IMG/VR virus record: IMGVR_UViG_3300031519_004580
Coordinates: 1-62,218 of that record
Direction: 5' to 3' (one strand)
DNA length: 62,218 bases
Source of the DNA: a virus
Lineage: Duplodnaviria > Caudoviricetes
The stretch's first letter is position 1; every line of letters starts with the position of its first letter. The position numbers and the translations under genes were made by a program. The notes beneath the pieces were generated by a model. It was not told the DNA's origin. It searched no databases and worked only from the letters and a program-made list of their open reading frames with translations. Positions 1 to 10,549 of this stretch are shown here, piece after piece.

Positions 1-177
1 TTTCACATGCAACGTGAGCTAGGTGATATCATGTGGTATTGGATGCAGGGTTGTATGGCTTTAAATATTGATCCAAATGAAGTGATTCAAATGAATATTG
101 ATAAACTTAAAGCACGTTATCCAGGTGGTGACTTTGATGCTCACTACAGCGAGAACAGACAAGACGGTGATGTCTAA
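1..177 (+). CDS. mazG: MazG-like NTP pyrophosphohydrolase, 3' part (truncated by window start)
   Basis: Frame 1 reads FHMQRELGDIMWYWMQGCMALNIDPNEVIQMNIDKLKARYP...DV*; ELGD and NxxKLxxRYP motifs of phage MazG-like proteins. Confidence 0.8.
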   Translation, partial: FHMQRELGDIMWYWMQGCMALNIDPNEVIQMNIDKLKARYPGGDFDAHYSENRQDGDV

Positions 178-191
178 CACTAAGGAGTAGT

Positions 192-719
192 TTGTTGCAT
201 AGTCCAGCAGATATATATAATCTTTTTGGAGATGTGTTTGCATTAAAATTGTATGCTCCAGAAGAGCCGTTAATTGACGAACTTGTTTTAGATAAACGTT
301 ATGAAAATGCTATGGGGAATAAAGTAGTGTATAAGTATGCTACTCCCCCAACAACTTGGAATCTTAAAGGTTGTGTTAATAAGCCAGTAAGAATTGAACA
401 TAACTGCGGAAGTTTCCTTTCTCCGCATAAAGATTTTATTAGTCCAGGTGTTAATGAAAAATATGTAAGATTAAATTGTCATCCTGGTGCAACACACCCG
501 CATGATTGCACATATATAATAGACGGAAAGATACAACATTGGCGCCCCGGACAATGGATGGTAATGAATCCAAATAAAACACATTATAGCATGTGTTTTA
601 AAGATAACATAACGCACTATGTAGCAGATCTAGATATTACAGATAGCGAAACATATAATTGGTTTATGGAACAAATTGAATTTCGAGAGAACGTTACTAA
701 CCGGCAAGGCACTAAATGA
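192..719 (+). CDS. Asp/Asn beta-hydroxylase-like Fe(II)/2OG oxygenase
   Basis: PHKD (HxD) plus distal H in NPNKTHYS; DSBH-like strand pattern. Confidence 0.55.
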   Translation: MLHSPADIYNLFGDVFALKLYAPEEPLIDELVLDKRYENAMGNKVVYKYATPPTTWNLKGCVNKPVRIEHNCGSFLSPHKDFISPGVNEKYVRLNCHPGATHPHDCTYIIDGKIQHWRPGQWMVMNPNKTHYSMCFKDNITHYVADLDITDSETYNWFMEQIEFRENVTNRQGTK

Positions 720-1435
720 AGTTATTAACAGTACTAACTTTTATGAGTGGAGCTGGTGGCCATAGTATTGCTAGATTTTTATTTGAAAATAATTCTAAAT
801 ATAGATGGTATAATCATCCTAGGAATGATGCAAAAAATAATACTAGATTTACTAAATTAAATATTACCGAAAATCATTTTCAAAAAACTTTTTCTGACGG
901 AAGTAAATTTCCACATTTATTTGATAGAATAGAACCATTTTTAAATAATGTAGAGTTATATTATAACACTATAGAATCAGAAATATATGATTGCACAAAA
1001 GGAAAAAGACTAGTATACACATGTCATACAGATCCTAAATCTATTAAAGAAAGATATCCTGATTGTTTAGTATATCAAATTCTCCCTACAGAAGAAAATA
1101 AACTAGAATATTTTAATAGACATATGGAAACTGCAATGCTATTTCCATTACAAACTAATATTCATAAAATGGATAATAGACAAGATTTATTAAATGCTGA
1201 TTACTGGGAAAGAGAAAATTATGTAAAACATAATAAGTCTCATTTAAATTCTTTGAAAGAATTCTACATGCATAAAGGGTTTACAAAAGAACAATTATAT
1301 CAAAAAGAATATAACGAACAAACTGAACTTTATGACATACATATGTCCACTACATCTTATGCAGACGAAACTATAATTTTTAGTTCAAAACAGGATCTTG
1401 AAAATAAAATAGAAATTTTGAAAGAAAAAACTTGA
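716..1435 (+). CDS. Hypothetical protein, P-loop/sulfotransferase-like N-terminus
   Basis: TFMSGAGGHSIARFL; shares W-Y...HF..xFSD..xP.xxD blocks with 53971..54612. Confidence 0.4.
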   Translation: MKLLTVLTFMSGAGGHSIARFLFENNSKYRWYNHPRNDAKNNTRFTKLNITENHFQKTFSDGSKFPHLFDRIEPFLNNVELYYNTIESEIYDCTKGKRLVYTCHTDPKSIKERYPDCLVYQILPTEENKLEYFNRHMETAMLFPLQTNIHKMDNRQDLLNADYWERENYVKHNKSHLNSLKEFYMHKGFTKEQLYQKEYNEQTELYDIHMSTTSYADETIIFSSKQDLENKIEILKEKT

Positions 1436-1460
1436 CTTCTTTAGTTTTATACGTTATAAT
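1432..1460 (+). promoter_or_regulatory. sigma70-type promoter
   Basis: TTGACT(1432-1437)-N17-TATAAT(1455-1460), followed by an AAGGAG RBS. Confidence 0.8.
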
Positions 1461-1489
1461 ACACATATAGAGTTTAAAGGAGCCTAGTT

Positions 1490-2026
1490 TTGACAACACA
1501 CGCTACAATTGATTTAGAGACACTTGATACATCTCCAAGTGCAACTGTACTAAGTTTAGGTGCAGTTAAATTTAATCCGCTTGATACAAGCGAACCACAT
1601 TCAGAATTATACATTAAAATAGATATTGACGAGCAAGATAGCTTAGGCCGTACTGCATCTGATAGCACTATTGAATGGTGGGGTAAGCAAGATCCTAAAG
1701 TAATGGAAGAAGCATTTGATTCTAATAATAGAATTAGTGTAAGTGAAACATTGAAACAGATCAATAAATGGATGGTTGGTGTTGATATACTTTGGGGACA
1801 AGGTTACGGCTTTGATATGACTATATTAGAACATATGTATAGAGTTGCTGGCGTTCCTATTCCTTGGAACTTTTGGATTGTACGTGACAGTCGTACACTG
1901 TTTGGATTGTGTGAAAAAGACCCAAGAAAGTCAATGCAAACTGATCTTCACAATGCACTAGCTGATGCATACTTTCAGGCTAAATCAATACAAGTAGCAT
2001 ACAAAGAACTAGGAGTTAAAAAATGA
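1490..2026 (+). CDS. DEDDh 3'-5' exonuclease (DexA/DUF5051-like)
   Basis: IDLETL, GFDM and HNALADA motifs. Confidence 0.85.
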   Translation: MTTHATIDLETLDTSPSATVLSLGAVKFNPLDTSEPHSELYIKIDIDEQDSLGRTASDSTIEWWGKQDPKVMEEAFDSNNRISVSETLKQINKWMVGVDILWGQGYGFDMTILEHMYRVAGVPIPWNFWIVRDSRTLFGLCEKDPRKSMQTDLHNALADAYFQAKSIQVAYKELGVKK

Positions 2027-2241
2027 ATACTATAATCTTAGTAACTATAGTAGCTGGTAACATCGTAAGTTCAGCAACATTTGGATCACTAAATGAATGT
2101 ACACACGCTAGAGACGCAGTTATGTTACAAGACAATATAACTGCATATTGCACATACAAGCAAGTAAAACCCGATCATACTAAAGATATGTTTAAATTAT
2201 TTGGTCGAATGATGCAACAAATGGGAGAACTAGAAAAGTAA
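2023..2241 (+). CDS. Small hypothetical protein
   Basis: ORF coupled to both neighbours, GGAG RBS. Confidence 0.6.
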   Translation: MNTIILVTIVAGNIVSSATFGSLNECTHARDAVMLQDNITAYCTYKQVKPDHTKDMFKLFGRMMQQMGELEK

Positions 2242-3161
2242 TGAAAGAATTATGGGTAGAAAAATATCGTCCTAACACAGTAGACGGTTATGTGTTTCGA
2301 GATGATGCACAACGTAATCAAGTAAACACTTGGATTAAAGATAAGACTATTCCGCATTTGCTGTTTAGTGGAAATGCAGGTATCGGTAAAACTACTCTTG
2401 CTAAATTGTTATTTAACGAACTTGATCTTAATCCATTAGATATCTTAGAAATTAATGCAAGTCGTACAAATAGTGTTGAAGATGTTCGTGCTAAAATTGT
2501 TAACTTTGTACAAATGATACCGTTTGGAGACTTTAAAGTTGTACTACTTGATGAAGCTGATTATCTTAGTCCTAATGCCCAAGCAGCATTACGAGGTGTT
2601 ATGGAAGAATATCACACCACTTCAAGGTTTATTCTTACTTGTAATTACCCCAATCGTATTATCCCTGCTTTACATAGTCGTTGTCAAGGCTTTCATATTG
2701 CTAAAATAGACCAAACAGAGTTTACGGCTAGAGTAGCAGAAGTTCTTATTACAGAAGGCGTAACTCCAGACTTAGATACACTTGACACTTATGTAAAAGC
2801 AACTTACCCAGATTTGCGTAAATGTATTAATATGGTGCAGATGAATTGTGTAGATAAGAGCTTGCTAAAACCTAATGAAGGAGATTCAGGCGAGCAAGAC
2901 TGGAAGTTGGATATGGTTGAACTTTTTAAAGCAGGAAAGATCAATGATGCACGTAAATTACTTTGTGGATCAGTTCGCCCAGAAGAAATGGAAGAAGTGT
3001 ATCGATGGTTATATGATAACATTGAATTATTCGGAGATGACGAACATCAAGATTCTGCAGTGCTTATTATTAAACAAGGACTAGTTGATCATACACTAGT
3101 AGCAGACCCAGAAATTAACTTAGCTGCAACTCTAATTAGATTAGCAAGGTTAAACAAATGA
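2241..3161 (+). CDS. Clamp loader subunit (RFC small subunit/T4 gp44-like AAA+ ATPase)
   Basis: [16 protein letters not shown] Walker A, LLDEAD Walker B, SRC motif. Confidence 0.93.
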   Translation: MKELWVEKYRPNTVDGYVFRDDAQRNQVNTWIKDKTIPHLLFSGNAGIGKTTLAKLLFNELDLNPLDILEINASRTNSVEDVRAKIVNFVQMIPFGDFKVVLLDEADYLSPNAQAALRGVMEEYHTTSRFILTCNYPNRIIPALHSRCQGFHIAKIDQTEFTARVAEVLITEGVTPDLDTLDTYVKATYPDLRKCINMVQMNCVDKSLLKPNEGDSGEQDWKLDMVELFKAGKINDARKLLCGSVRPEEMEEVYRWLYDNIELFGDDEHQDSAVLIIKQGLVDHTLVADPEINLAATLIRLARLNK

Positions 3162-3514
3162 CATACTTAGTAAACGGCGATTGTATTAAATGCAAACATA
3201 TGGATTGTGTTGAAGTTTGTCCTGTAGATTGTTTTTACGAAGGTGAAAACATGCTAGTAATTAATCCGGACGAATGCATTGACTGTGGCGTTTGTCAACC
3301 AGAGTGTCCTGTAGATGCTATTTTACCCGACAATGCATTTGCTTCTCCAGAAGAATCTGAAAAGTGGTTAGACATTAATACAAAGTATTCAGCACTATGG
3401 CCAAACATTACAGTGTTTCGTCCTGAAGATGTCCCCTCAGATGCAGAAGACTGGACTGGAATTCCTAACAAGTACGAAGAACACTTCTCTAGTAACCCAG
3501 GTAAAGGTGATTAA
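3158..3514 (+). CDS. fdxA: 7Fe ferredoxin (FdxA type)
   Basis: [18 protein letters not shown] and [12 protein letters not shown]; C-terminal FSSNPGKGD resembles alphaproteobacterial FdxA. Confidence 0.92.
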   Translation: MTYLVNGDCIKCKHMDCVEVCPVDCFYEGENMLVINPDECIDCGVCQPECPVDAILPDNAFASPEESEKWLDINTKYSALWPNITVFRPEDVPSDAEDWTGIPNKYEEHFSSNPGKGD

Positions 3515-3690
3515 TGGGTGGTCGAAAACAATCACGTAAAGATTTTTCAGGAAACTTAATTAAAATAAGTATGCTTGAGCAAGAGATTGCTTATGCACAA
3601 TCACAATTAAAAGAACATGATACAGGACATATACATACTGCTATCAGTTGGATGAAACACCGAGTAAAGGATTTAAAAAATGAAAGTTAA
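3514..3690 (+). CDS. Small hypothetical protein (58 aa, not in ORF track)
   Basis: [11 protein letters not shown]...DTGHIHTAISWMKHRVKDLKNES*; TAATG coupling to fdxA and fills the gap to thyX. Confidence 0.65.
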   Translation: MGGRKQSRKDFSGNLIKISMLEQEIAYAQSQLKEHDTGHIHTAISWMKHRVKDLKNES

Positions 3691-4342
3691 ATTAGTATCT
3701 TATAGTAAAGCAGCATCTGAGTTCCATTCTCAGGGCTTAGATAACGTGCAAGACCTTATTGCATTTTGTGCAAAAGTTAGTAACCCTACAGCACAGATTA
3801 ATACAGAAACTAGTGAGAAATTAATTAAGTATTTGATCAAACATCAACACTGGTCACCTCTTGAGATGGTTAATGCTTGTTTAGAAATTCAAACAACCCG
3901 CGACATTGCACATCAAATTGTGCGACACCGTAGTTTTGCGTTTCAAGAGTTCAGTCAGCGTTATGCTAATCCTGAAGAACAAGGTGATATGTTTGAATAC
4001 AGTGAAGCACGTTTGCAAGATCCTAAGAATAGACAAAACTCAGTTGAAGTTGATGATGCAAAACTACAACAAGAATGGGATTGGGCTCAACGTCGAGTCG
4101 CTGTGCTTTGTAAAAAAGAATACGATTGGGCTATTAAAAAAGGTATTGCTAAGGAACAAGCACGTAAAGTATTGCCAGAAGGTATTACAAAGACTACACT
4201 CTACATGAACGGCTCATTACGTAGCTGGGTACACTACATTGAACTAAGAGGCGGACATGGCACTCAAAAAGAGCATATGGAAATTGCTCATATGTGTGCA
4301 AGAGTAATTGCTGAAATTTTTCCGTTGATGGAAGAGCTTTGA
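3680..4342 (+). CDS. thyX: Flavin-dependent thymidylate synthase
   Basis: HWSPLE, QIVRHRSFAFQEFSQRY (RHRx7S), KEQAR, TQKEH. Confidence 0.95.
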   Translation: MKVKLVSYSKAASEFHSQGLDNVQDLIAFCAKVSNPTAQINTETSEKLIKYLIKHQHWSPLEMVNACLEIQTTRDIAHQIVRHRSFAFQEFSQRYANPEEQGDMFEYSEARLQDPKNRQNSVEVDDAKLQQEWDWAQRRVAVLCKKEYDWAIKKGIAKEQARKVLPEGITKTTLYMNGSLRSWVHYIELRGGHGTQKEHMEIAHMCARVIAEIFPLMEEL

Positions 4343-5460
4343 TAAACGAATTACATAAAATTTGGAATATACAATCTCATAATATTCATGGGGATGAATT
4401 TACAGGATACGAGCCTGTTATGGATCAATTAGACTCTTACGGAAAAGTAGAGTTTAATAAAGATCCAGAAGGTGTAGTAGATGCAGTGTTTGACATTTAT
4501 AGAAGTATTAATCTTGTACCGATAATTTATTTTACGCATGCAGGATTAGTTAGAGCTATAAAAGACTTTAAAACTATAAGCTATAATAACGTTGATAAAG
4601 GACGAATTGGTTTAGGAAATAATCGCGGACAGCCAATTAATAGATTTTTGTTTCCTAATATGATGACAGCTGAACCCAAAGGTAGAGGAACTAATAGTCT
4701 TAAAGATAGATTTTATAACGATACAAAGTTAAAAAGAGCAATTCGTATATGCTTTGAAATGCGAGAAGGATTAAGACTAACAAGACCTACTGCATTAAGA
4801 AGAGCATTGGAATTAGTTACAGGTGAAAATGTACAAAATTTTAAACCACAACATGCAAGAAGTATAGTAGAGCATCTATGTCCTGTATTGTGGGGGAATG
4901 TATATGATTATAGCTGTGGCTACGGTGGCAGATTGTTAGGCATTGGTTCTAGCAATATGAAATATAATTACACCGGTGTTGAACCTAATACTGAAACTGT
5001 AAAACATTTAAACTATCTTAATGATTTACTAGACGAAGCAGTTGGTGTTAGAGGAACAATTATACAAAGTGTTAGTGAAGATTATAAACCAACTGATATA
5101 GATTGTGCTTTTAGTTCGCCGCCGTATTTTAACTTGGAGAAGTATTCAGATGAAGAAACACAATGTATGGTACGTTATCGCACCCTTGACGAATGGTTTA
5201 GTGGATATGTTGAGCCTACTATTGAGAACATTTATAACGGTCTTAACAAAGATGGAATATTCGCTACAAACATTGCGGATTATAAAAGTTACGGAAACAA
5301 AGAGTACAAGGTTGTCGAGGACTGGATCGCGACAGCTGCAAGAATAGGCTTTAAACATACAAGCACTATTAAGATGATGCTTAACACTCGTCCCGGAGTT
5401 GGTAATGATAAACTAGCAGGCCGTGAAAAGTTTGAAGGAGTATACGTTTTTACAAAATAA
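4339..5460 (+). CDS. DNA amino-methyltransferase (N4-C/N6-A)-like
   Basis: YDYSCGYGGRLLG SAM-binding motif I; FSSPPYF catalytic motif IV. Confidence 0.8.
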   Translation: MINELHKIWNIQSHNIHGDEFTGYEPVMDQLDSYGKVEFNKDPEGVVDAVFDIYRSINLVPIIYFTHAGLVRAIKDFKTISYNNVDKGRIGLGNNRGQPINRFLFPNMMTAEPKGRGTNSLKDRFYNDTKLKRAIRICFEMREGLRLTRPTALRRALELVTGENVQNFKPQHARSIVEHLCPVLWGNVYDYSCGYGGRLLGIGSSNMKYNYTGVEPNTETVKHLNYLNDLLDEAVGVRGTIIQSVSEDYKPTDIDCAFSSPPYFNLEKYSDEETQCMVRYRTLDEWFSGYVEPTIENIYNGLNKDGIFATNIADYKSYGNKEYKVVEDWIATAARIGFKHTSTIKMMLNTRPGVGNDKLAGREKFEGVYVFTK

Positions 5461-5475
5461 AACGTATTTTTGTAC

Positions 5476-6093
5476 ATGGATATAAATTTAAAAGATTATT
5501 TAACTACTTTCTTTGTTTGGAATAAAGAAAGTAAGAATCGTGATAGACTGTATAAATGGCAAAGAATTAAAGAAGATTTAGAACTGATAAATTCATTAAA
5601 CCCTATTATGGTATTAGACCTTGGTTGTGGTGATAATAGATATCAAAGTAGTGTTAATAATTTAATTGGAATAGATATAGTATATTCTCCTAATGTAGAT
5701 ATAGTAGGTGATTTTACAAACTTAGATGAAAAGTTTGAAGATAATAGTGTTGATGCTATAATAGCATACGGGTCAATTAATTTTGGAAATGAAGAATTAA
5801 TTGAAAAACAGTTATTAGAAACTAAACGAGTATTAAAAAAAGATGGCATTATTTGTTTTAGAGCATGTTCAACGTCAGACTCTGCATTTTATTATAACTG
5901 GACTAAAGAAAAATGCTATCAATTTACAGAGAAGTTAAACTTTTCTTTTGTACAAGAACCCAGTACTATTTATAGGCTAAAAAGAACAGGTGAAATTAAT
6001 ACTAACTGGGGTGATATTAGATCACAGCGGTTTGATAATAATAGTAGTATTAGAGAAAATACTAGGTTGCATTGGATATGGAAAAATGAATGA
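5476..6093 (+). CDS. Class I SAM-dependent methyltransferase
   Basis: VLDLGCG, IGID, VDAIIAYGSINFG, RVLKKDG. Confidence 0.8.
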   Translation: MDINLKDYLTTFFVWNKESKNRDRLYKWQRIKEDLELINSLNPIMVLDLGCGDNRYQSSVNNLIGIDIVYSPNVDIVGDFTNLDEKFEDNSVDAIIAYGSINFGNEELIEKQLLETKRVLKKDGIICFRACSTSDSAFYYNWTKEKCYQFTEKLNFSFVQEPSTIYRLKRTGEINTNWGDIRSQRFDNNSSIRENTRLHWIWKNE

Positions 6094-6268
6094 ACAAAAA
6101 TTAGAAACAGCATGTGAAAACTGTCGTATAGCAGTGACTACAGATGGCATTGAAATAGATGCAAGCACAGGAGACTTAACAGCAGAAGTTCTGGTGCTAA
6201 CTTTTATAGTGTTTGTAATAGCCGCTGTTTATGTAGCTAAGAAACTAGTAGACAGGTATATTAAATGA
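6086..6268 (+). CDS. Small membrane protein
   Basis: MNEQKLET... with a C-terminal hydrophobic helix; ATG at 6086 preferred over the upstream GTG. Confidence 0.55.
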   Translation: MNEQKLETACENCRIAVTTDGIEIDASTGDLTAEVLVLTFIVFVIAAVYVAKKLVDRYIK

Positions 6269-6591
6269 GTGATTATAATCCTGACAATTGGGTTGTTATT
6301 AAAATGGACGGAAATGACCCGCACTACCGTGTACTAGGTGGGTGGAGCGGCGGCTACTTAGACGGCGATAGCTGGCGCATGAATAGCGGTATCACTCGTG
6401 TAGAGAATGATGGTGATCGTTATAAGTTCTACGGATCGTCTGGCAGTTGCTATAGTTGTTATAAAGAATCATATTGTATACGAATGAACAATGCTCATAT
6501 TTGGGCACGATTACAAGAACTACACGGCGACAAGGTTAAGATGATGGATGAAGAAACAGACTGGATAAACATGGATTGGATTATTAAATGA
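6265..6591 (+). CDS. Phage hypothetical protein
   Basis: YRVLGGWSGGYLDGDSWRMNSGI; ATGA coupling on both sides. Confidence 0.7.
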   Translation: MSDYNPDNWVVIKMDGNDPHYRVLGGWSGGYLDGDSWRMNSGITRVENDGDRYKFYGSSGSCYSCYKESYCIRMNNAHIWARLQELHGDKVKMMDEETDWINMDWIIK

Positions 6592-7031
6592 AGAAAAAGT
6601 TTATAGAAACATACATGGACGTTGCAGAAAGATTTTCACAATTAAGTAGTGCCGTGCGTTTACAAGTAGGTGCTATTGTTGTAAAAGATGATCGTATCAT
6701 TAGCATTGGATATAACGGCATGCCGAGTGGTTGGGATAATACATGCGAAACTCAAGAACTTTGGAAAGACGGAAAACAACTTGTTGAATCAGTTTTAGTA
6801 ACAAAGTCTGAAGTATTACATGCAGAAACTAATGCTATTGCTAAATTAGCTAAAAGTGGCGAAAGCGGCTTAGGTGCAACAATGTTTGTTACACATGCAC
6901 CGTGTATAGACTGTGCTAAACTAGTCTATCAAAGTGGAATAGCCTCTGTGTACTACAAAAATAATTATCGTAGTACACAGGGCCTTGACTTTTTAAGTAA
7001 GTCTAATGTTGATGTAATTAAAGTTCTTTAA
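6588..7031 (+). CDS. dCMP deaminase
   Basis: VGAIVV, GYNG, HAE and PCIDC zinc motifs. Confidence 0.93.
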   Translation: MKKKFIETYMDVAERFSQLSSAVRLQVGAIVVKDDRIISIGYNGMPSGWDNTCETQELWKDGKQLVESVLVTKSEVLHAETNAIAKLAKSGESGLGATMFVTHAPCIDCAKLVYQSGIASVYYKNNYRSTQGLDFLSKSNVDVIKVL

Positions 7032-7034
7032 TTT

Positions 7035-7757
7035 TTAAACATCTCCATATACTTCTAGTACCTCTTTCACAGCATTATGCCTTTCAATATCATGTTGCTC
7101 AAATCGGACTATGTCCAAATGTGTCGCGTTGCCTGCAGAGTTTAATAAGTTAACAAAGTTAATTAAACCGTTGTCTTGCATACGATCTGCTTGTGCTAGA
7201 TCGCCTGTAACCGCCATCATAGATTTTTCACCTAGTCGGGTGAGTAACATTTTCATTTGACTAGATGTTGCATTTTGCATTTCGTCAGCTAAGATAAAAC
7301 TTTTCTTAAATGTACGACCACGCATAAACGCTAGTGGGGCTATCTCGATTATACCTTCTTGAATCATCCCTTCTATTTCTTTAGCATTAAAATACTCCCT
7401 CAATACGTCAAATATTGGTCTCGTCCAGGGCGCCATTTTTTGTTCTAATGTACCTGGAAGAAAACCTAAATCTTCGTCGACCGATACTGCTGGCCTAGTG
7501 ACGATAATTTTATCAACTTTCCCTTCTTTAAACATCTTAACCGCTACTTGCACAGCCAAAAGTGTTTTGCCTGTTCCGGCTGGACCTATACCAAAGACTA
7601 TGTCTTTTCGGGTGTCCAGTAGTTTTGACACGTATGTTTCTTGGTTTATGTTTCTTGGAAGGATATTTACTTGTTTTTGTTGTTTTTGGAATTTATTGAT
7701 TTCAACTACATTATTATAGTTGTTATTCGAGTCTTTACGCTTACGTTTTGCACCCAT
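7035..7757 (-). CDS. phoH: PhoH-family ATPase
   Basis: GPAGTGKT, LGFLPG, RGRTF, DEMQN, LTRLG, TGDLAQAD; GGAGG RBS. Confidence 0.95.
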   Translation of the reverse strand: MGAKRKRKDSNNNYNNVVEINKFQKQQKQVNILPRNINQETYVSKLLDTRKDIVFGIGPAGTGKTLLAVQVAVKMFKEGKVDKIIVTRPAVSVDEDLGFLPGTLEQKMAPWTRPIFDVLREYFNAKEIEGMIQEGIIEIAPLAFMRGRTFKKSFILADEMQNATSSQMKMLLTRLGEKSMMAVTGDLAQADRMQDNGLINFVNLLNSAGNATHLDIVRFEQHDIERHNAVKEVLEVYGDV

Positions 7758-7827
7758 TAAGTGTCCTCCTATTGGATATTGAAGTAAGAACTGCTTTCCT
7801 ATAATAGGAATCTGGTCCCTACAAAAG

Positions 7828-7835
7828 TATTTACC
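7828..7835 (-). promoter_or_regulatory. T4-late-like promoter motif upstream of phoH
   Basis: Minus strand GGTAAATA in the divergent intergenic region. Confidence 0.45.
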
Positions 7836-7878
7836 TTCTCTGAGAAAATAAAAAACATTCTGTTAACCATTTGGATAC

Positions 7879-7886
7879 GATAAATA
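7879..7886 (+). promoter_or_regulatory. T4-late-like promoter motif
   Basis: GATAAATA heading the operon that contains the lysis genes. Confidence 0.55.
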
Positions 7887-7921
7887 AGTATAATAGGATT
7901 TAAGAGAAACAGGAATATACC

Positions 7922-8488
7922 ATGCAAGATATATACGATGTCATAGAAAATGTAAACAGCATCTACGATAGCAATTCCTCATTTGAAGTGTTAAAAGACT
8001 TTGAGCGAGTTATTGACGAGCTAGATATCTATGTTTATAAAAACTGGAAAGACGGAGAATTAGTATCCGGGCCAAAAATTACTAGACATTGGGTATCATG
8101 CTCGTTTATGTGGCCAGTAGAAAAGATGCCTGATCCAGTAGGTGGCAAACGTTTATTAGATTATGATTGCAAAGTACGCTTTGGTAAAGATTATATTATT
8201 AAACCAAGAAAAATTCGCGACCCTAATGACATTCGTCCTGGTACTAAAAAAGGAAAATTAGACAAACAATCAATTTGGTTAGTACAAATAGATATGCCAA
8301 AAAAACTGATCCAAACTATATATAGCGGATACGATGAATTAATGAATTACGAAGAAGAAGCAGCTACGGACGGGCAATCACAAGAATTAGCACCAGGTGC
8401 AGTAGATGCTGCTGCGGCAGCAGGCGGAGCACCTCCAGCGCCAATGGCACCACCAGTTGAACCACCAGTTGAAGGAGGGCCTATTTGA
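7922..8488 (+). CDS. Hypothetical protein with Pro/Ala-rich C-terminus
   Basis: 188-aa ORF with RBS and core-like codon usage. Confidence 0.7.
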   Translation: MQDIYDVIENVNSIYDSNSSFEVLKDFERVIDELDIYVYKNWKDGELVSGPKITRHWVSCSFMWPVEKMPDPVGGKRLLDYDCKVRFGKDYIIKPRKIRDPNDIRPGTKKGKLDKQSIWLVQIDMPKKLIQTIYSGYDELMNYEEEAATDGQSQELAPGAVDAAAAAGGAPPAPMAPPVEPPVEGGPI

Positions 8489-9213
8489 TGGGTTTAAAAT
8501 TGGGAGATTTAAAAAATATGGTAGATCATATTTTTGAGATAGATTCATTCAAAAGTAAAATGGGCGAAGATAAAGATATTGTTACTTTGAGCTTTAGTAC
8601 TAAGACTGCAGAAACTGCACTTGATCTTGAAAACTTTTTAGAAAAAGGTTATAGCTTTATCTTAGATGCTGATTCTACATCTGGCGAACAAAAAGACGGC
8701 ACTTATAAAGTATTTGTAGAAATGGAAAGAGATGACTCTGTGCCAGAACAAATAGTAGAGCTAATTGACGGTGTTGGTAAACTAGCTAATCAAGATACAT
8801 TTAAATTCCGTTATTATAAAAACTTTAGGTCTATGGAAGCTACCCTTGAAAACTTAAAAGGAACTGTTCCTGTAGACGAAGATGAATATGGATTACAAAT
8901 TAAAGAAGTAGCAATGGAAAGTTATACAAACTTTTTTAATAAAAGCTTCGTAGACTCTATAGCAATGTCAGATAATATTCTAGCAATTAAAAAAATATAT
9001 GCTGATCCTTTGTATTTTAATTTTATAGATTTTGGAAATAAAACTGAAGTTTTAAATAGCATTAACGAAACTATTACAGTTGACGATAATGGATTTTCTG
9101 AAATTATATTTTTAAGTAAATATATTGGAGATTATAATATCACTAAATTTGGCAATAAACTAACTTTCGAAAACGATGATAAGATTCTCGTGTTAACACG
9201 TATTAACACATAA
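8485..9213 (+). CDS. Hypothetical protein
   Basis: 242-aa ORF, GGAGG RBS, coupled to upstream gene. Confidence 0.7.
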   Translation: MMGLKLGDLKNMVDHIFEIDSFKSKMGEDKDIVTLSFSTKTAETALDLENFLEKGYSFILDADSTSGEQKDGTYKVFVEMERDDSVPEQIVELIDGVGKLANQDTFKFRYYKNFRSMEATLENLKGTVPVDEDEYGLQIKEVAMESYTNFFNKSFVDSIAMSDNILAIKKIYADPLYFNFIDFGNKTEVLNSINETITVDDNGFSEIIFLSKYIGDYNITKFGNKLTFENDDKILVLTRINT

Positions 9214-9228
9214 AAAAAGGATAGTAAA

Positions 9229-10077
9229 ATGGCAAAAGAACATTTTAAGTTTAACTTCACAGTTGACCAAGTTGAAGACATGCTCAAAGGAAACTCAGAA
9301 GCAGATGAATGGTATGAAGCAATGTGTGACATACTGCCTTTATACGATATTATTACAGAAGATCGTGTAGCAGCATTTGTTGCACAATGTGGCCATGAAT
9401 CAAACAACTTTAAAGTTTTAACAGAGAACTTAAATTATAGTGCAGACGCATTAAATAAAATATTTCCAAAATATTTCAAGAGAGCAGGTAGAGATGCACA
9501 AGAATATCACAGACAACCTGAAAAAATTGCAAACGTTATTTACGCAAGTAGAATGGACAACGGCGATACCGATTCCGGCGATGGTTGGAGATTTAGGGGC
9601 GGTGGTATTCTACAACTTACAGGACGTTACAATTATACCAAGTTTAGTGAAGTAGTTGAGATGTCAGCAGACGATGCAACAGACTATGTACGCACAAAGA
9701 AAGGTGCGTTAGATAGTGCATGTTGGTACTGGGATGAAAATAAATTAAACAAGTATGCAGATGCACAGGATATGAAAACCCTTACTAAACGTATTAACGG
9801 TGGTTATATAGGATTAGAAGATCGTATTAGTCATTATGAACATGCAGTTGAAGTACTAGGCGGAGAATATCATGCACCAGCAATTGATATGTCAGAAACT
9901 GTACGCAAAGGATCACGAGGCCCTACTGTACAAGCAGTACAAGAAGAACTAGGGTTAACAGCTGATGGTAACTTTGGTCCAGGTACAGAACGAGCTTTAA
10001 AAGAATGGCAACAGGCAGCCGGACTAGTTGCAGATGGTATTGCAGGTCCTGCTACACTAGGAAAATTGTTAGGCTAA
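9229..10077 (+). CDS. Endolysin: GH19 (chitinase-like muramidase) plus C-terminal peptidoglycan-binding domain
   Basis: AAFVAQCGHES, ENLNYS, FRGGGILQLTGRYNY, TKRINGGYIGLEDR; DGNFGPGT...DGIAGPAT PG-binding motif. Confidence 0.92.
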   Translation: MAKEHFKFNFTVDQVEDMLKGNSEADEWYEAMCDILPLYDIITEDRVAAFVAQCGHESNNFKVLTENLNYSADALNKIFPKYFKRAGRDAQEYHRQPEKIANVIYASRMDNGDTDSGDGWRFRGGGILQLTGRYNYTKFSEVVEMSADDATDYVRTKKGALDSACWYWDENKLNKYADAQDMKTLTKRINGGYIGLEDRISHYEHAVEVLGGEYHAPAIDMSETVRKGSRGPTVQAVQEELGLTADGNFGPGTERALKEWQQAAGLVADGIAGPATLGKLLG

Positions 10078-10081
10078 TATT

Positions 10082-10549
10082 ATGGGATTAAAAATAGCAG
10101 CAGTTATGTTTATATTAATGGCGGGTATGGCTGGCATTGGTTATTGGTATTATAACGATTCACAGGCAAAGATGGCTGTGCTAGTTAAAAATGCGGCAAA
10201 CGCAGAAACTGCTTCTAAAATAAGCGAGCAAGCATTAGTATCAATGAAAAAAGATTATGCTAGAGTCACTGAAGAACTAAACAGCGTAAATTCTAAGTTT
10301 TCTCAAATTAGAACACAAAATTCTGTACTAGCAAAAAAGCTACAGAAGCTTGACGACTTAGGCGAAGCAGCTATAGCAAAAACTGAGGCTATACAGCGAG
10401 CAATAAATGGTGGAACAAAAAACGCAGGAAGATGTTTTGAAATACTAAGTGGTGATCCACTTACAACAAAAGAAAAGGAGGCACTAAATGCTAAAGCGTT
10501 CAATAAAGAATGTCCTTGGTTGTGGACTGGTAGTACTGCTACTAAGTAG
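10082..10549 (+). CDS. Inner-membrane spanin (Rz-like)
   Basis: N-terminal TM helix plus coiled coil with two C-terminal Cys; directly after the endolysin and overlapping a lipoprotein gene. Confidence 0.75.
   Translation: MGLKIAAVMFILMAGMAGIGYWYYNDSQAKMAVLVKNAANAETASKISEQALVSMKKDYARVTEELNSVNSKFSQIRTQNSVLAKKLQKLDDLGEAAIAKTEAIQRAINGGTKNAGRCFEILSGDPLTTKEKEALNAKAFNKECPWLWTGSTATK

Noticed and set aside
7796-7810. Palindrome TTCCTAT-A-ATAGGAA in the phoH leader as a Pho box or ncRNA
   Set aside because: It is an inverted repeat rather than the direct-repeat Pho box, and too short and AT-rich to support an RNA gene call
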